The translations under genes and the position numbers were made by a program. Of a stretch of 64,000 nucleotides of DNA, positions 62,975-64,000 are shown piece after piece. The notes under the pieces are model-generated. The model ran no database searches. It worked only from the letters and a program-made list of their open reading frames with translations, and was not told where the DNA came from. The stretch comes from Candidatus Hydrogenedens sp. Its GTDB lineage: Bacteria > Hydrogenedentota > Hydrogenedentia > Hydrogenedentales > JAEUWI01. Within the stretch, counting starts at the first letter, position 1. Every line of letters starts with the position of its first letter. Location of the stretch: positions 37,897-101,896 of the forward strand of contig WGMK01000022.1 of NCBI GenBank assembly GCA_016125095.1, read 5' to 3'.

Positions 62975-63358
62975 ATGACGCTGCTCGAAATCATCGTCGC
63001 GTTCGCGATTCTCACGGCGGGGCTGGGGGCATTCACGCGCGTGTATTTTTCCAACGTAGAGCAGACGCGATCGCTGGCGCGGCATCAGCGGGCGCTGCGG
63101 GTGCTGGAAAACGAAATAGCGCGCACGCGGGCGCTGCCGTCCTCGGCGCTGTCGCCCGGCGAAGCGCTGCCGCTGCTGACCGAGGACGACGAACTCGCTC
63201 CACTGCCGGAGGCCGCCGGTTTCAAGCGCATCGCGCCGTATCAGGCCGCGCCGGGACTCTACGAACTGACCGTGTCGCTTACCTGGACCGGGCCGAACAA
63301 CCGCCGGATCGAGCAATCGCTCACCACGCTGCTGCCTGCGGCGGAGGTTGCCCCATGA
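62975..63358 (+). CDS. prepilin-type N-terminal domain protein (minor pseudopilin, GspI-like); start/leader unresolved
   Basis: The G|MTLLEIIVAFAILTAGLGAF class III signal core begins at the first ATG. The only in-frame upstream ATG is at 62750, across the repeat element. Confidence 0.65.
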   Translation: MTLLEIIVAFAILTAGLGAFTRVYFSNVEQTRSLARHQRALRVLENEIARTRALPSSALSPGEALPLLTEDDELAPLPEAAGFKRIAPYQAAPGLYELTVSLTWTGPNNRRIEQSLTTLLPAAEVAP

Positions 63359-63909
63359 AGCCCCGCAAGCACACCCGCGCGGGCATCACGCTGCTCGAAC
63401 TGATGGTGGTGATGGCCGTCTTCGGCTCGATGCTGGGCATGGGGATGAAGCTGCTGTTTACGGCGCAGCGGCTTTCGGCCGTGAGCCTGCTCGCGCACGA
63501 ACGGCTGGAAGAGGCGCGCACCTTCGACGCAGCCCTGCGCGACATTATTCAGCGCGCCAGCGGTTTCGCCGAGGCGGCGGGCGACTACCGCGCGGAAGAC
63601 GAGACACTCGTGCTGCGGATGGCGGAAGTGGACGGCGGAGACCTGCGCGCGGTGATTGGCCGCGTGCCGGAAACGCAGCGACCGTTCATTGCGATGTTGC
63701 GCCAGTCCGACGGCGCGTGGCAGGCGGAGCGTTTTCAGGTATTTCCGCTGCCGCTGTCCGGGCTGCGGTTTCAGGCGGATGCGCAGGCTAACCTCGTGCG
63801 CTGCCGCTACAGCCTCGCGCTCGAACCCGGCGAGCGCAAGCCGGCCGAGATTCCCGTGCTGACCACCTGGGCCGCCCTGCGCGGCAAACACACGGGAGCC
63901 GCGCCATGA
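63355..63909 (+). CDS. prepilin-type N-terminal cleavage/methylation domain protein (pseudopilin)
   Basis: MKPRKHTRAG|ITLLELMVVMAVFG. ATGA overlap with the previous gene. Confidence 0.8.
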   Translation: MKPRKHTRAGITLLELMVVMAVFGSMLGMGMKLLFTAQRLSAVSLLAHERLEEARTFDAALRDIIQRASGFAEAAGDYRAEDETLVLRMAEVDGGDLRAVIGRVPETQRPFIAMLRQSDGAWQAERFQVFPLPLSGLRFQADAQANLVRCRYSLALEPGERKPAEIPVLTTWAALRGKHTGAAP

Positions 63910-64000
63910 ACACGCGCGAATCGAAACGGGGCGCGGCGCTGCTCTACGCCATCGGACTGATGGCCATCACGGGCATTATCGCGGCGGGCGTCTGGCAATC
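63906..64000 (+). CDS. partial CDS, GspK-like N-terminus (runs off window)
   Basis: ATGA overlap. MNTRESKRGAALLYAIGLMAITGIIAAGVWQ resembles the GspK leader/TM. Confidence 0.45.
   Translation, partial: MNTRESKRGAALLYAIGLMAITGIIAAGVWQ

Overview
A 64-kb, GC-rich stretch of bacterial chromosome (GC judged by eye, not computed), with dense coding on both strands. The gene content suggests the PVC superphylum: a Planctomycete-type cytochrome/DUF1549/DUF1553 protein next to a Tat-signal DUF1501 protein, ThuA, and many large secreted or membrane proteins. About 55 CDS are supported.

Gene content:
- Housekeeping: miaA, mtgA, ilvA, ftsK, rodZ-like, proS, udk, fabG, lptB, queE, queD.
- Envelope: an AsmA/YdbH-like protein, a transglutaminase-like protein, SGNH hydrolases, a GT2, and a 1373-aa multi-enzyme fusion.
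- Secretion: an ECF sigma/anti-sigma pair followed by two tandem GspF-like genes and pseudopilin genes.

Accessory or unusual content:
1. A ~0.9-kb A/T-richer two-gene toxin-antitoxin-like cassette (44063-44892). It is bracketed by a 21-bp perfect (28 bp with 1 mismatch) direct repeat that duplicates the overlapping 3' ends of two convergent host genes. This is my top candidate.
2. A compact Dam-type restriction-modification pair with a 129-aa PD-(D/E)XK nuclease (6903-8134).
3. Two copies of a long palindromic repeat element built around GGGAGC-NN-GCTCCC boxes (52322-52536 and 62789-62954). The second copy sits in the leader region of a pseudopilin gene.
4. A Ser/Thr kinase fused to an MshEN-type c-di-GMP-binding module.
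5. A degenerate Rpe-like protein in an operon with a CYTH protein.
6. A fused two-domain QueD with complementary active-site losses.
7. An A/T-rich junction with a non-canonical tRNA-like element at the left edge.

Many very long ORFs in the track are antisense artefacts of high GC and were rejected. All calls rest on reading the sequence and recalled family motifs. No searches or statistics were run.
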